Assembly (NCBI GenBank): GCA_043228905.1
Contig: JBHGNT010000007.1
Location: 20,646,001 to 20,710,000 of the forward strand
Direction: 5' to 3'
Source: Azolla caroliniana
Lineage: Eukaryota; Plantae; Polypodiophyta
DNA: 64,000 bases
Each line of letters begins with the position of its first letter. The first letter of the stretch is position 1. This document shows, piece by piece, positions 23,161-37,904 of this stretch. The position numbers were made by a program, and so were the translations under genes. The notes under the pieces are model-generated. The model was not told where the DNA came from and made no database searches. It was given only the letters and a program-made list of their open reading frames with translations.

Positions 23161-26100
23161 AAGCAAGGTCGATGTCTAGAGGATGGCTCACGTGTTTCTA
23201 CTGTGGGAGCCAGGGCATTTCCAAAAGAAATGTTGGCATTATATAAGGGACAAAGGTAGTGTTGATGATGTTGAGTTGAAGAAGATTTTTGAGGATAAGA
23301 ACACTTCAGTCATTGCTGTAAGTGAGGAGGAGTTGTTTTTCATTAGACTAAGTGAAGAGAGTTGTGTAAACCTTGAAAATGATGAGTCCACTTTGGTAGT
23401 TGATTCAGGTGCGTCGTTTCACCTAAATTGCAAGAGAGAGTGCTTCTCATCTTACATAGCAGGAGACTATGATTATGTGAAGATGGGAAATGATGGTGAA
23501 TGCAAAATGGTCAGTTTGGAAGTGTGTGTTTGCTAACATGTAAAGGTTGTATATTGGTTTTGCATGATGTACTAAATGTTTCGGATATCAGATTCAATCT
23601 GATATCAACCGAATGGATGGATGATGAAGGCTAAAGTGGTGGTTTTCATAATGGACTTGGAAATTCTACAAGGGAAGCTTGATTGTGTCTCATGCCCAAA
23701 AGCAAAATACGACGTATGTAATGCATGCACGGTTGTGCCAAGGAGAGGCAAATGTAATGGCTGACATAGCTGGTGAGTTGTGGTAAAAGAGGCTCAGTCA
23801 TATGAGCCAAAGAGGGATGCATATGCTTGTTGAAAAGAATCTCCTTCTAGAGGTGAAAACTGTGCAACTTGAAAAATGTATTGACTATTTGGCTAGCAAG
23901 AAAAAGAAGCTTACCTTGTGCCCTAGGCCTCTGATAAGAAGGAAGAATTCTTTGGAACTTGTGCACATAGATGTATGCTATGTTGATTCCAAGTCACATG
24001 TTGGAGTAGAGTATTTTGTGACATTTATTGATGTTTACGATTGAAAGTTGTGGTTTTTCGTGCTGAAGACGAAGGACCAATCGACCTTCAAATAGTTCTA
24101 AGCAAGCCCCAAAAGGGAATCTCGATAAAAGTTGAAGGTTGTCCTGACTGATAATGGGGGTGAATACAAAGGGTTGTTTGAGGTGAACTGCCAAAGCCAA
24201 GGAATAAATATTGAGTACACAGTACCTAAGACTCCTGAGCTTAATGGAATGGCCAAAAGGATGAGCAGAACGATAATGGAAACAGTAAGAAGTATGTTGT
24301 CACATGTTGAGTTGGGAAAGACATACTGGGCTTAGATGTCTCTGGCTTATGTTTGTGTGGCAAAAGATCAGAGATAAAAATTTGATAGCAAGTCAAGGCC
24401 ATGTATCTTTCTAGGGTATTGTGAAGATGAATTCAGCTCCAGGCAGTGGGATCTGATGGATAGAAAAGATGTAAGAAGTCGGGATATAGTTTTGATGGAG
24501 GACAAGAATATTAAGGACTACGAAAAACAACAACCAAGGTTGTCCTCCTAGCTAGCTATAACCACTGATTCGACATTTTCCGACTCCAACACTACCCAGC
24601 TACTCGACTAGCCGACAGACAACGGTCGTCTGATCAAGCCGACTTCGAATCGATAGAGACAGCCGAATACTAGCCGGTCAATATAGCCGTATCTAATTTG
24701 GATGAAGTAGCCGAACAAGAGGAGGCTACTGATGGAAGAAGGTACCCTTTGGGAACAAGAAGACCCCCCTGCCATTTTCCAATCAAAGAGTATATACTAT
24801 TGACTGACGAAGGGGAGCGTGAATGCTTTGATGAAGGTATGTGGGATATTCACAACAAGGAGTGGTATTGTGTCATGCAAGATGATGAAATGGATTCCGT
24901 GCATGAGAACCACATATGAGCTGGTGGAGTTGCCAAAAGGAAAGAAGATGGTTAGAAATAAATGGGTCTACAAGCTAAAACCTAGGAAAAACAAAAATCC
25001 ACCCAAATATAAAGCCCACATTGTGGTGAAGGGCTTCCAATAGAAAAGGGGTGTGGATGTTGCTGAAATATTCACTCTAGTAGTAAAAATGACATCCATC
25101 AAGAATGTGTTAACCATTGCAGCCAACATGAACTTGGAGATAGAGAAGTTGGATGTAAGGACAACTTTCTTGCATGGTGATCTAGAAAAAGAGATCTAGC
25201 AACAGCCTGAAGGATTTGAAGAGAAAAGGAAAGAAGACTTGGTGTGCTGGCTGAGAAAGAGCTTCCATGGACTGAAACAAGCTCCCTGAAAATGGTATAA
25301 AAAATTTGAATACTTCATGTTATATCATGGATTACGCAAAACACAAGTTGATCACTATGTTTTTGTGAAGTATGATGGAGCAGATTTTCTAATTCTCGTG
25401 TTGTATGTTGATGACATGCTTATTGTCAACCTTGACATAAAGAAGATTGCAAGTCTAAAAAGGGCATTGAGTAAGCCCTTTGCAATGAAAGATTTGGGTC
25501 CAACAAAGCAGATATTGGGGATGCATATAGTCCGAGACAGGACTAAGAACTTGTTATGGATGTGACAAGCAAAGTGGATACTTAGATACCTGAAAGGAAC
25601 CTCGAGTGTTTGCCTCATGTATAGCTCTGGGATACCCATCCTTGAAGTGTTTCCTGATTTTGATATGTTGAGTGATGTTGATTCCAATTGATCTATGTCA
25701 AGATTGTAATGACCTATGCAAGGGGAGACGTGTCATGAAGATCCAAGTTGCAAAAGGTTGTTGCTTTGTAAACCACGTAAGCTGAGTACATGGCCGATGT
25801 AGAAGCCGACAAGGAAATGATATGGATGCGAGATTTCATGAGTGAGCTAGGATTAAGGCAAGATCAATTCCTACCTCACTACAATAATCAAAGTGTCATC
25901 CACCTTGCTAAGAATGTTTCCTACCACTCTGTCGTCATCGTTGCCGTCATCGCAATCTAAAGTCGTCGTTGTCATCATTTTCCATTGTTGACCTTTGCTG
26001 TTGTTTGGTTTGTGGCACAGTTGCCGTTGTCGACCATCACTGTCACCTACACCTCTTACGACGTCGTTGGTTGCGTAGACGAGAGAGTACAAATGTGCTT

Positions 26101-29100
26101 CCACACTTGTACCTAGCGTGCAAGACATCGATGCTCGACTAAGTTTTTTCTGTCCTTTTTTACTTTTTCTTTCTTTTATCTTTTGAATTACAACATGACT
26201 TCTCGACGAAACCATAAGGAAACACACGACGAAATTATAAGTAACGAAGAATTTTTAGATGTCCTTAACCGGTTAATTAAAATGGAAAAATGAGCACAAG
26301 AGATTGAAGCTCAAAGACAAAAAGATAAGGAAGAAAAAGAACTACTTATTGTTGAAATAGCGATACTTAAGGAAGACAACGTGACCCTTCAAAAACAAGT
26401 TAAGGACCTTGAGACATCTAGGGAAGATGGTGAAATATCTTCCCTAGAGGATATAAAAGACGAGATAAAAAAGGTTAAGGAAGAGGTTAAAAGCGATATG
26501 GAATTAGCAAAAACTGGGTGGGTTGATGTAGTAAAACGTAATATTAAAAAGGAACTAAAGGATGAAAATATTGTAAACACCACCCTTGAGGAGGAAAAAA
26601 TGCGTCAAGCTCAACGCTTAAACGTAAGAGTTACTGGGCTCAAGGGGCATCTCTCGACGAAGATGCACAAACATTAGGGAAGATGTTGGGGTATGAAGCC
26701 TTACCAATCACTAAAACTTGGAGAGTAGGACGTGACACCACTAGGAAAAGAGCTTTAGTCCTTCAGTTTAAGGACTCAGAATCTAGGATCACCTTTTTTT
26801 AAAAGAGACCAATTCTTTGAGGATTGGGCGGGGATCCTATCTACCTCAATGAAGACTTGACCAAGATGCAAATTGAGCATTGTAAAACTCGTATGCCACG
26901 AGTCATACAAGCTCGTAAAGAGGGGCACCGTGCTTTTTACCGAGACGGACGTGTGATAATTAATGATCATGCCGCCAATTGACGGCGTGTGGCCCATGTG
27001 ACAGACAATAAACTTAGGATGACCTTATGGAATTGTAACGGTGCACTTTGGACACACATTGGCCGTCTAGAGGACATTTTGAAGGTATCCGATATATTTT
27101 TTTTAGTAGAAACACATCAGAGTCCAAATCGAGGACTGCCACAAGTTGATGGTTTTCGTTGGGAATCTGTCTTTAGACAAACATCACGTCGACACACTAC
27201 TAGAGGGTCTGGAGGGGTTGCAATACTATTTCAAAGAGAGATACATAATAGGATAGAAATACTAAAGAAAGACCCAGAAGCCCATTTTATGTGGGTGAAA
27301 ATCCTCACTAGCAAGGATCAGGTGATATTTATCGTTGTTTGTTACTTCCACCCGAAAGGATCCCGGGATAATACGACTGGAGAGGCGAGTATAGTTGATG
27401 AAGGAACGCCACATGGGCCTTCTCCATACGAACCTTTATCGGATGACATAATCCGATATTCTTCTCAAGGGGAAGTCTTCCTTGTAGGGGATTTTAATGC
27501 GAGAACCCAATCCCAACAATGCACAATATTTTAGATGGATAGAAACTTAGAAATGGTGAATGTCGACCCTTTAGCCTTAGGCATAACACGTACATCAAAA
27601 GATCAAGGTGCGGACGCCACAAGCTTTGGTCATCATCTGCTTGAACTTGGAAATCGACACCAAATGATCATATATAATGGCTTAGCCAAGTGGCCGGGCT
27701 CGGAAGAGCTCACATGTTTCCCACATGGGGGAGGGGAAAGCACAGTTGATTACCTAATAGGATGCCCTGAAGCTACCCACATGGTTAACTCCTTCCGAGT
27801 GGCCCCATGCCCCATTGGTGCAGACCATAGCTTCCTATACTTTGAGCTAAAATGTGACATCTCCCACGCCATCAACTCTAGTCAACCAACCCATCACACC
27901 ATAATACATTTCACGCATGAGCTCGTTGACATCTACTCTCGACATGTACAAGCCCATCTCTCCTCTTTTGATTCTTCCTTGTCTTTAGAGAACCTCACTA
28001 CAGAACTCACACACATCCTTCACTCATCAGCAACTGGTAGCTTCCCATGCACGAAAGGTTCCAATCATAGTAGAATAGGGTCTATGCAATAGAACAAGTG
28101 GTATGATGAGGATTGTAGAGAGTTCTATAGACAACTTAAGGTGTCGCGACTTAGTGGTACTATTTCCTCAATACAGGCTCGCAAAGAGATGTGTAAGATG
28201 ACACGTCATAAAAGACGAGCTTGGGAAGCATCTCAATATTGGGAACTCTACCATATGTTCATGAGTAGGAACTACGCCCTTGCATGGAAGAGACTATGGG
28301 AACCGAGACCACAAACACCCATCGAGGATCCCATTATTTGGCACACATATATCAAGAGACTCTACCATGTCCCGAACCAACCATCCATTCCAATGCCTTC
28401 CACACCTCGACCTACCATGGGGACACTTTTCACGACCTCTAGGGTCACGAAAGTCATAAAAAAGTTACAACATAGGAAATCCATGGACCACACAGGATTG
28501 CGAGCTGAGCACATCATATATGCTCGAGAGTGCCTAGCCCCCCTTCTCACTCTAATCTTCAACCGTGCCCTCGCCGAGGGTTTTCCACCACAATTGGCCA
28601 TGAACACATTGGCTCCTATACATAAAGGAGGGGACCCAATGGACCCAAATACATATAGGACCATTATGATAAGTCATACACTCGCTAAACTATATGGTGC
28701 AGTAATGGAAGTGGAGCTCAGTGATTATATGGAAACGTTAAGTCTTGACGCACCTGAGCAGGCTGGCTTTAGACGAGCCTTCTCCACTATTGACCATATC
28801 TTCACACTTAGGTGCTTAATTGACCAGACGAAGGCTCGTAAGAAGAAACTATATTGCTACTTTGTGGACTTCCGCAAAGCCTTTGACACGGTTCCTAGAG
28901 AGAGGTTGTTTGATAGACTTAACAGCTTGGGGATACCAAATGACATGATATGGGCCATTTATGCCTTATATGAGCAAGTCTCTGGGTGTGTACGATGCCC
29001 AAGTGGCCTATCCGATTGTTTCACTAGCACCATTGGTGTAAAACAGGGTTGCCCCTTGTCACCGACTCTTTTTGGGATCTACATTGATGAGATCATTGAT

Positions 29101-31019
29101 TTTATTGCTCGAAAGGGAGGCAAGGGAGAGTTCTTGGGACACGCAAGTTAGTCTCTTACTCTACGCAGATGGCATTGTTTTGCTCTTGGAGTCGGAACAC
29201 GACCTACAAAAGCATCTTAATGCCCTAGATGACTTTTGTACACAACAAGGACTGGTAGTGAATCTAACGAAAACTAAAGTCCTTATCTTTCATACATCAT
29301 CCCGAGTTAGGAGTAAATGTCACCTAACCCTCTCTCATAAACTAGTTGAGGTAGTGGGATCATATGTATACTTGGGAGTCACTTTTAGTGCTCGCTCAGG
29401 TAAATTCTCGATGACCCAGGAAACCAAAGATAGGCTAACGAGAGGGTATGCATCCCTCTCACTCTTAGAGAGACAATGCCACCAGGCATACTTTCAAGAG
29501 CCACGGACTAAGGGATGACTCTTCAACTCATTAGTGACCCCTTCCCTCATGTATGCATCAGTAGTATGGGCTCCAGGTCTACCATCCTTCATGTTTGACG
29601 CAATTAGAGAGACCATTGGTGACGATGTTATCACGTCAACTCCGAAGCAAATTGACAGTCCCACATGACATTATTAGAGCAGAGTTTAGCCTACCCCCGA
29701 TGTTAGTAGAAGCACTCTTTCAAATGGTAGTTTTTATTCATCGGATACATAGCCAACCACAAGATAGGATATCCCGTCGAGCCTTTGAGGCATCCCGATC
29801 CCTACATGCATCTGGAGACACTAGCTCTTGGTATAACATTGTGGTGAGTTGGTTACTTGCAAACGTCATAGACATTAATAACCTGCCTCCCCTTAAGTAC
29901 AACCATGGGACTAATCAAACTTTAATCTCTCATGAAGACCGTAATAATGTGATACGCCAAGAAAAATGGCAAATTTACACTCAATATAAATGGATCACCC
30001 CACAAGAGCCACTCCCATCGAAAATGTCGTACTATAAGGAACATTTCTTGCACTTCTCTAAGTTAGGTTTTATTACACGACCAACATATCTAGATACATT
30101 CTTATCAAATGCACTAAGGGTGGCCATTGGACAACTTAGGATATCATCTCACCAACTTGAGATTGAGAATGGTCGAGCTAATAGAGTCCCTAGAGAGGAA
30201 AGGCTATGTAGGTTATGCCACATAGAGATAGAGGATGAGTATCACTTCACATGCAAGTGCCCAACTAATGCCGAGATACGGGCGGAATACGAAGACATAT
30301 TAGGACCCTCTCCCACCCTCTCCAAACTATTAGATACCCTGAGTGTAAAAAGACTAGGTAGGTATATCTTAGATGCTAAAACAACATAGTGAGAATAAAT
30401 TACAAAGTGTTAATCATAACCCTTTTACTATTCATCAACATGTAACTAGCGTAATTTTTCAGGAACAAGGGGAGACAATGAATGTGGATACACTTACGCA
30501 GCTTGGCCTCTCCCTTGAGGAAGCAGAAATACAAAGAATAACCAAACGCCCTCGGATGTTGGGCTTCAAAACAAGTCGACGTGGAGTAGAAAAGATTGAG
30601 AAGATAAGGGAACGTGAGCTACGTCGACTAGAGGCTATGGTTGAGGTACCTTTTACATTGGGACCACGGGCCACATCCACATCGCAACCCTTTGACCTCC
30701 CGCTTCTCTTTGAGAGACTTAGATGGAAATGAAATTAGGCCTAGTATAACATCTTTTCATTGTAGAACATGTTTTTTTCTTAGAACTATTTTTTACCTTA
30801 TTTTGATTTTTTACTTTGAACGATGAATGGGTAAATATCCCATTTTTTGTAAACCATTTGTCTCATGGGCTCAATTTGGCCTTAGAAGACGTTAATATAT
30901 CTTTCTTTCTTTCTTTCTTTCTAACGAAACATATCTAGAGGAGATATCGTTAGTTATGAGAGTGGGTGGAAGAAAAGGAATTTGTGCTTGTAAAGATCTA
31001 TACATATGATAATGGATTA
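23161..31019 (+). mobile_element. Heavily decayed Ty1/copia element D (related to A), split by a LINE
   Basis: VVDSGASFH, PELNGMAKRM and LYVDDML. RNase H breaks at about 25929 (HLAKNVSYHS) and resumes at about 30923 (TKHI). Confidence 0.88.
25930..30922 (+). mobile_element. Non-LTR retrotransposon (APE-RT LINE, RTE/RTEX-like), near full length, pseudogenised
   Basis: Coiled-coil ORF1 at about 26290-26980. Endonuclease motifs LWNCNG, VETH, VGDFNART and VDYLI. RT motifs QAGFR, FVDFRKAFD, GVKQGCPLSP and LLYADG. C-terminal CRLC..EDEYHF..C, then a (TTTC)n tail. Confidence 0.92.
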
Positions 31020-31208
31020 TGTTGGGAAATCAGTCTCTCCAGATGGGACCCGGTTAGACCTGGAAGAGATCCGGAAACCGGAGGAGAACCGGAAGAGAGC
31101 CGGTGAGAACCGGAAGAGAAGACAAATTTGTAAATATGTCTTGAATAAGCCCATTGAGGCTATATATGTAAATAGCCCTAAGTTCATATAACTATAAATA
31201 TGACTTAG
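31020..31208 (+). repeat. Partial LTR of the copia A/D type
   Basis: TGTTGGGAAATCAGTCTCTCCAGATGGGA and TATAAATATGACTTAG parallel the LTR at 3077-3415. Confidence 0.75.
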
Positions 31209-34200
31209 TGTAGAAAGTAGCCTGCGGAAGCAAGTATGAAGACCGAACAGAAGGATGAAAACTCAGGTTTAATGGAGAGCTTGAGCTTACACAGTATACG
31301 CGGGAGAGACAGAGAGAATGAGAGAGGAAAATGACAAGAAGTATATTAAACACTCTATTCACCACACTATACATATGTGTGTTCAATGAACACTTTTATA
31401 CAAGTCCTAGAAGGACTGACAGAAGTACTGACAGTATTTCAATGCTCATTCAGAGCTCCTACACTAACTCCCAAATATATTCCTCACGGAATATCTTTCC
31501 TAACGGCCTCCCGGTTTACGAACCGATCCTGCCCTACCTACGCACCGGTCCGCGTACCGGTTTACGCATTCGGCCTAACCGATCGGTCCCAACCGATCCG
31601 GTCCTCCGCTTCTTCAGTCGATCCGGCCGATGTTGAGCTTGTCTCTCAACACTCCCCCTCAAGCTCAACTTGAGGCTCTTCGAGATGTTTGGGCTCACAG
31701 CTCCGGTTCCTCCTGGCTTCACGCCTCGCTCGCGCTCCTCGACCTGTTCGACTCCGCACGCTTCGACCCTTCCGGTCGGCTTGTCCGCTCATGTGGCCCT
31801 TATCAGCTCTTCTGTTGTTGCGGTGTTGACGCTTCTCCTACTGCCTTTTCTTCCGTTTGGGCCTCGGTTGATTCAGCATATCTGAATCAAACATCCGAAC
31901 CGACTCGGCTACCTCCGATTGGTTTTCGCTCTCGTCCGAGTTGGCTGCCTCCAACTTGTCTTCGGTCTTCTCGCCCTCGAAGGCGTTATCTTCCCCATGC
32001 GTGGTTGGCTTCGACTCTCTCCTTCGGTTGCTCCCCTTCGTTCCGCTTCCGGACTTTTCCGTGGGTCCGCCCTCGACTTCTTCAGCCGATCCGAAGTCGA
32101 ACTCGACAATCGAGTCAACCGACTCGGTGACAACCAAGTCAACCGACTCGGTGTCACGGTCTCCGCTCCTTCTCTATTGCCTTGCTTCGTCGTTCGGGAC
32201 TGTTCTCCCCCTCAAGTTTGGCACGTCGAGGTGACGCAACCCGAGCGCACCTGAGAATTGCCGCAACTTGTCCAGACCAAGAGGCTTGGTGAAGATGTCA
32301 AGTATATGAGGCTTCCAACAATTTGTCGGAAACTCGTCGGGTCGCATACCTTTCTCGTATCAGGACGAAGCTTGACGGTTTTGTCTAGAGGAGTCGAGAC
32401 AGACTTACAGTCAGCCATCCCGAATTTGAAGAGCATACTCAGCACGTAATGACGTTGGCTGATCAATATGCCTTCGGGGGTACGGATCACTTCGATCCCA
32501 AGGAAGTAATGAAGGTCCCCCAGATCCTTCATGTCGAACGATACGGCAAGCTGGGGTTTCACGCGGTCGATTTCACCTAGGTCGGCGCCGGTGATGACCA
32601 AGTCATCAACATATAATAAAATACTAACCGGAGGCATCTCGGCCTCTCTTCGCCGGTCTCGATTTTGGGCTCATCCGGAGGCATCTCGGCCTCGTTGACC
32701 TCATCGTCCGAGCTCGGATTGGAGTCCGGGTTCGGAGTCGGGGGCTGGTATCAGGACGCGGACTCGTCAAACACAACGTCGCGGCTAACACGCGCTTGTT
32801 TGGTGTGAGGGTTATAGCACTTATAACCCTTCTGCTCGTCTGAGTAATCGACCAAGATGCATTTCTAGGCTTGTGCATCCAGCTTCCTCCTTTTCTCCTT
32901 CGGTACATGCACATATGCAATGCTACCAAACACCCTCAAGTGTCACAAGTTCGGCTTCGTTCCGAAATATAGGTCGTGCGCCGACACTTTGTCTCCGATC
33001 CGGTTTTGGATGTATACCGCGGTCCTTACCTCCTTGGCCTAGTAGAACTTGGGCAAGCTCTTCTCCTCCAGCATTGCCCATTCCGCTTCCACAACTGACC
33101 GATTCTTCCTCTCGGCCACGCCGTTCTGCTCCGGCGTGTATCTACAACTAAATTCGCGCCGAAATCCCATTTGTTGTAGATAACCGTTGAATTGACCGGA
33201 AAAGTACTCTTTCCCGCCATCCAACCGCAGGCCCTTGATCTTTTGTCCCGTTTCCGTTTCCACGAACCCTTTGAGGTCCCGAAAACAGTCGAAGACTTCG
33301 CTCTTCCTTTCAATGAGGTAGATCCACGTGTGCCGCGTGTGGTCGTCAATGAAGGAGACGAAATATCAGCTCCCGCCAAGACTATTGTTTTGTGCCGACC
33401 CCCATAACTTGGAGTGTATAAGGTCGAGCTTGTTCCGGCTCCGGTTTCGCTCATTGGGGAAAGGAAGTCGGTGTTGCTTCCCGAGCTGGCAGGCTTCACA
33501 AATTTGTGCCTTTCGGCCACTAAATTTGGGCAATCCGAACACTACCTGTTTCGATTGCAGATCTTGAAGCCGCTGGTAGTTGACGTGGCGTGGCCTATCC
33601 GCTTGTGCCCCAAGTCGATGTCTGACTCGGATTTTCTTCCCTTCGCGAACATTGTGGTGCCGCCGTCAATGGAATCGAGGATGAACATCCTCCCGTCTCT
33701 GCGTCCTTGCGCAATTATACGGCCTTCGTCCTCAATGAAGCACCCGAGGTGTGTAAACCGAACCTCCATCCCTTGGTCAACGATCTATCCGACCGAGACC
33801 AAGTTCTTCGTGAATGTCGGAACATGCAGCATGTTCATGAGTTTCCCTTTTTGCCCTACATGACTAAGGGGAACTTCTCCGACATTCGCGATCGGATGCG
33901 GAGTGTCGTCTCCAGTTGCGACTACTCTAGGTTGTATCGGTTTTTCAAGGTACGAGAACCACTCCTTATGGCTCGTCATGTGGTTTGACACGCCGGAGTC
34001 TACGTACCACACCTCGTCCGATCTCGGGGTGGTCTATTTCATTGAGTTTGCTTCGTGTCTTGTCACGAAGGCAGATCCTTCTCCGGCTCTCCCAGAGTCT
34101 TCGGCGTAGTGTGATCGCTGCCGATTTCCCTTGTCGGTATATCCGGAACCGGTTCTCTCCGAATCGGCGCACTTCTTCCAACACTCACTTTCCATGTGGC

Positions 34201-35527
34201 CTTTCTTGCCACAATACCAGCACTCCGCGATGGCCTTCCCTTGCCGGTTCTCATCGCTTTGACTCCCCCTGTTTCCGGAGGGTCCAGAGTTGCTGTCGGC
34301 ATCACTTCGGTGCCTTCTTCCTTGATCTCGTTGGTTGCCTCCATTGCTCGCCGACTCGCCTCGTACTCCACGTCCACGGGGCCTATCTCCCTCCGTGTAC
34401 AACATTCTGATGTCGGTGTGCGTGTTTGTAGACGCACCCGCGTGGTTCTCCTCTACCAGGAGCATTGACTGTAAGTCGAAAAAAGACGGCGTTTTCTCCC
34501 GGGTACACACAGCCGTTCGGAACGCTCCGAACTTCGACGCCAAACCTCCGAGACAAATCTGGACCATCTCGCTCTCCTCGATGTTCACCTCTATAGAGGC
34601 GAGGGAGTCACAGATATCCTTGATCTTCGAGGTATAGTCCGCCACCGACAAGTCGCGTTGTCGTAGGTTTCTCAACTCCTGTCAGAGCTGAAGCTTCCTG
34701 GCTGTGGTGCTCGCAGCGAAAATATTCTTCAAATTTTCCCACGCACCCTTCGGCGTCTTTGCATCCCGGACATAGCTCAATAGTTGTTCGCCCACACACG
34801 ACGCGAAGCAGTATAATACCCTGCTCGCCGATTGCTCCCACGATGGGAAGTCTCTGTGTGTCGATTCGGGTGCCACGTCATTAGCTCCTTCGACATAACT
34901 CCAGTAGCCGTGCCCAATCAGGTACTAGTGCATCTTGTAGGACCAAGACGCGTAGTTGGTTCTGTCGAGCTTCTCTGTTGGAAGCGAGCTCGCCATGCCT
35001 TTATCCATCGTTCTTCTTCGTCAAGTTGTGTCGGCTGCAAAGAGGTTCTCAACCCTCGCGCTCTGATACCATGTAAAAAGTAGCGTGCGGAAGCAAGTAT
35101 GAAGACCGAATAGAAGGAAGAAAACTCAGGTTTAATGGAGAGCTTGAGCTTACGGAGTATACGCGGGAGAGACAGAGTGAGTGAGAGAGGAAAAACACAA
35201 GAGGTATAAAAAATACACAATCTCTATTCACCATACTCTATCCATATGTGTGTTCAATGAACACTTTTATACAAGTCCTAGAACTCAAGGACTGACAGAA
35301 GTACTGACAGTACTTCAATGCTCATTGAGAGCTCCTACACTAACTCCCAATTATATTCCTCACGGAATATCTTTCCTAACGGCCTCCCGGTTTACGCACC
35401 GATCTGGCCCTACCTACGCACCGGTCTGCGTACCGGTTTACGCATTCGGCCTAACCGATCGTTCCCAACCGATCCGGTCCTCGGCTTCTTCAGCTGATCT
35501 GGCCGATGTTGAGCTTGTCTCTCAACA
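31209..35527 (-). mobile_element. Ty1/copia element C (relative of B), internally deleted; LTRs 31209-31651 and 35072-35527
   Basis: TG...CA LTRs, iMet PBS at 35060-35071 and PPT next to 31652. Gag, protease and integrase are present. Deletions join integrase to mid-RT (about 32630) and RT to the RNase H end (about 32300). Confidence 0.93.
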
Positions 35528-37904
35528 CTTCGTCACCACAATGTGTAATGCATTGGCTACCACTGTCAAGTACTACAAGGTTACGAGCTCAATTCGGCCA
35601 AAAGATGCTCAGAGGAAATTGTTTGTACACAACTCAGCTAGTGATGTTTACGTACAACCAAGCAATGCTAAGATCCAGAGCAAGTCTGGAGACACGAGAA
35701 CAGGCAACTATTGCAAGAAACCTAGACACATCAAGGCCGAATGAAGTGCTCTCAAGGCTAGGAATGAAAAAGCTCAAAGATCAGAACAAAAGGGAAACCG
35801 GAAGGAGGTCAATTTTATCGGCTCTTCAACCGAAATCTTGTTAGACAACCTGAATATCCTTTCCATCGAGAACAATGTTGAATCAGAAGTTCTGTATACG
35901 ACCGAATAATCCACAACTTGCTTCTGGATTTAGGTGTGTCGTATTATGTGACCACTCATTGATCTCAATTCTGGTAGTATTCAGCTTAGCACTCTGGCTA
36001 AGTTCCAGTTGGAAATTTGCAGAATTGTGCCATAATTGGCATCGACACAAGCTTAACCTTCCGAGTAGCTCTAATCTTATTCTACATAATGTCTGACATG
36101 TACCGGAGCTCACAAGGTCATTGATCTCAGCTGGACAAATTAACAAAGACGGCATCCGTTGTGGCTTCTCGTCAAAGGAGGGTGGAGCCTCCACAAAGGG
36201 AACCTCCTACTTGCCCGAGGTCAAAAGGTACACGCCTATTACCCATTACACGTCACACTAAAAAAGGGTGACCTATTTCTGGTCAATATCCCAATGTCTT
36301 CCTTGTTTCATGGATGACTTGGACACTTGACCAAGGTCGGCATCATGCATTTATTCAAAGCCAACTACATCCCAAAACTCTCCTTCTCCGATGACCAATT
36401 ATATGAACACTACCAATATGGCAAGCAAGCCACGACCTCACACCCGACTAAAGAGCCGAGCAAGTCGAATCCACTCAACTTAGTCCACTACTGCCTATAG
36501 TCTGGAAGAGAACAAAATTGTCACCATGTTGCATCACTCTGGGCTTTTAAATAGCTTCTGGGTTGAGGCCCTACTCATTTCCGTACACATTATCAACATG
36601 TTGCCAAGTAGGCCTTTTGGACTTCAAGTTCTAGAACAACGTTGCACTTGGCCGACACACAACCCAATTACGAAAAGCTGTGGATTTTCGGATGCGAGGT
36701 ATTCGCACTTGTGCAAAACGATGAACATCAAAAATTAGAGCCAAGGTCACAAAAGTGTGGCTTTCTTAGTTATGGACCTAACGACAACTTCAACTACTGA
36801 CTCTAGGCTCTAGAGACTCCAAAAGTATTCCAAACTTTGGACATCGTCTTCAATGAGTCGAAAATGCACAAGTTAGTCGACCGTCTGCTGGAACTACGAA
36901 AGTTTACCTTGTCGGACGTGTCGACCCCGGTAGACGGCCCGACCGAATGCACAAGAGCAGCAACACAACAAGTTGCTGCCATGGGGCAAAGTACGACTAC
37001 TGCTAGTAATTTCGATGAAGCTGACTTAGAGAGCAGCTTAAGTAGTGATCCACAGGGTAGATCGGTTATTGAAGAGACAATCATCAGTGATGATTCGGCG
37101 AGCCCAGTCCTCCCAAGAAGATTTGAACAACTATCGCAACCACCAAAGAGATAATCTCCTCGTCTCTTCTTCACAGACGCTAGTGAAATTTGCAAATTGG
37201 CATCTGGCCATGAAATACGAAATGAATTCCATTCAGCAAAATCAGACATGGGACCTAGTTCCATGGTAGCAAAGGATTTTATACAAGAATATGGCATCGA
37301 CTTCGATGAATTTTTTAACCAGTGGTGAAAATGACGATTTCTACTCGATGTCGTAGTAGCCGAGAACTTAGACCTAATTCAATTAGACATCAAGACGGGC
37401 TTCGTCCATGGTGATCTTGAGGAGGAAATCTATCTAGACCAGTCTAAAGGCTTTGTGATGTCTGGCAAAGAAAGTCTAGTCTACTGATTGAAGAAGAGTT
37501 TATATGGCCTTAAACAAGCCTTGAGACAATGGTACAAGAAATTTGACAATTTCATGTAGTTGATCAGGTTTCCTAAGAGCAATGAGAAACACTACCTCTA
37601 CTCCTGAAATGCTCGAGATGGATCACCCATCTTCCTCATCCTGTACGTGGATGATATGCTTCTCTTAGGCCGAAATGCCGAAGAGCATGCCGACCTTGTT
37701 TGGCAACTACAGTTGAAATTCACAATGAAGGATTTATGTCTTGCTCGACATTCCTTGGAATGAAGATTAGTTGGCTTTGCAATCAAAGACAATTGCTTCT
37801 GTCTCAAGCCAACTACATTACACGTGTCTTAGAATGCTTCGACATGTAGTTGTCCAAATCTGCTTCAACCCTGCTCCCAATCATTGAGATAATCAACTTG
37901 CAGT

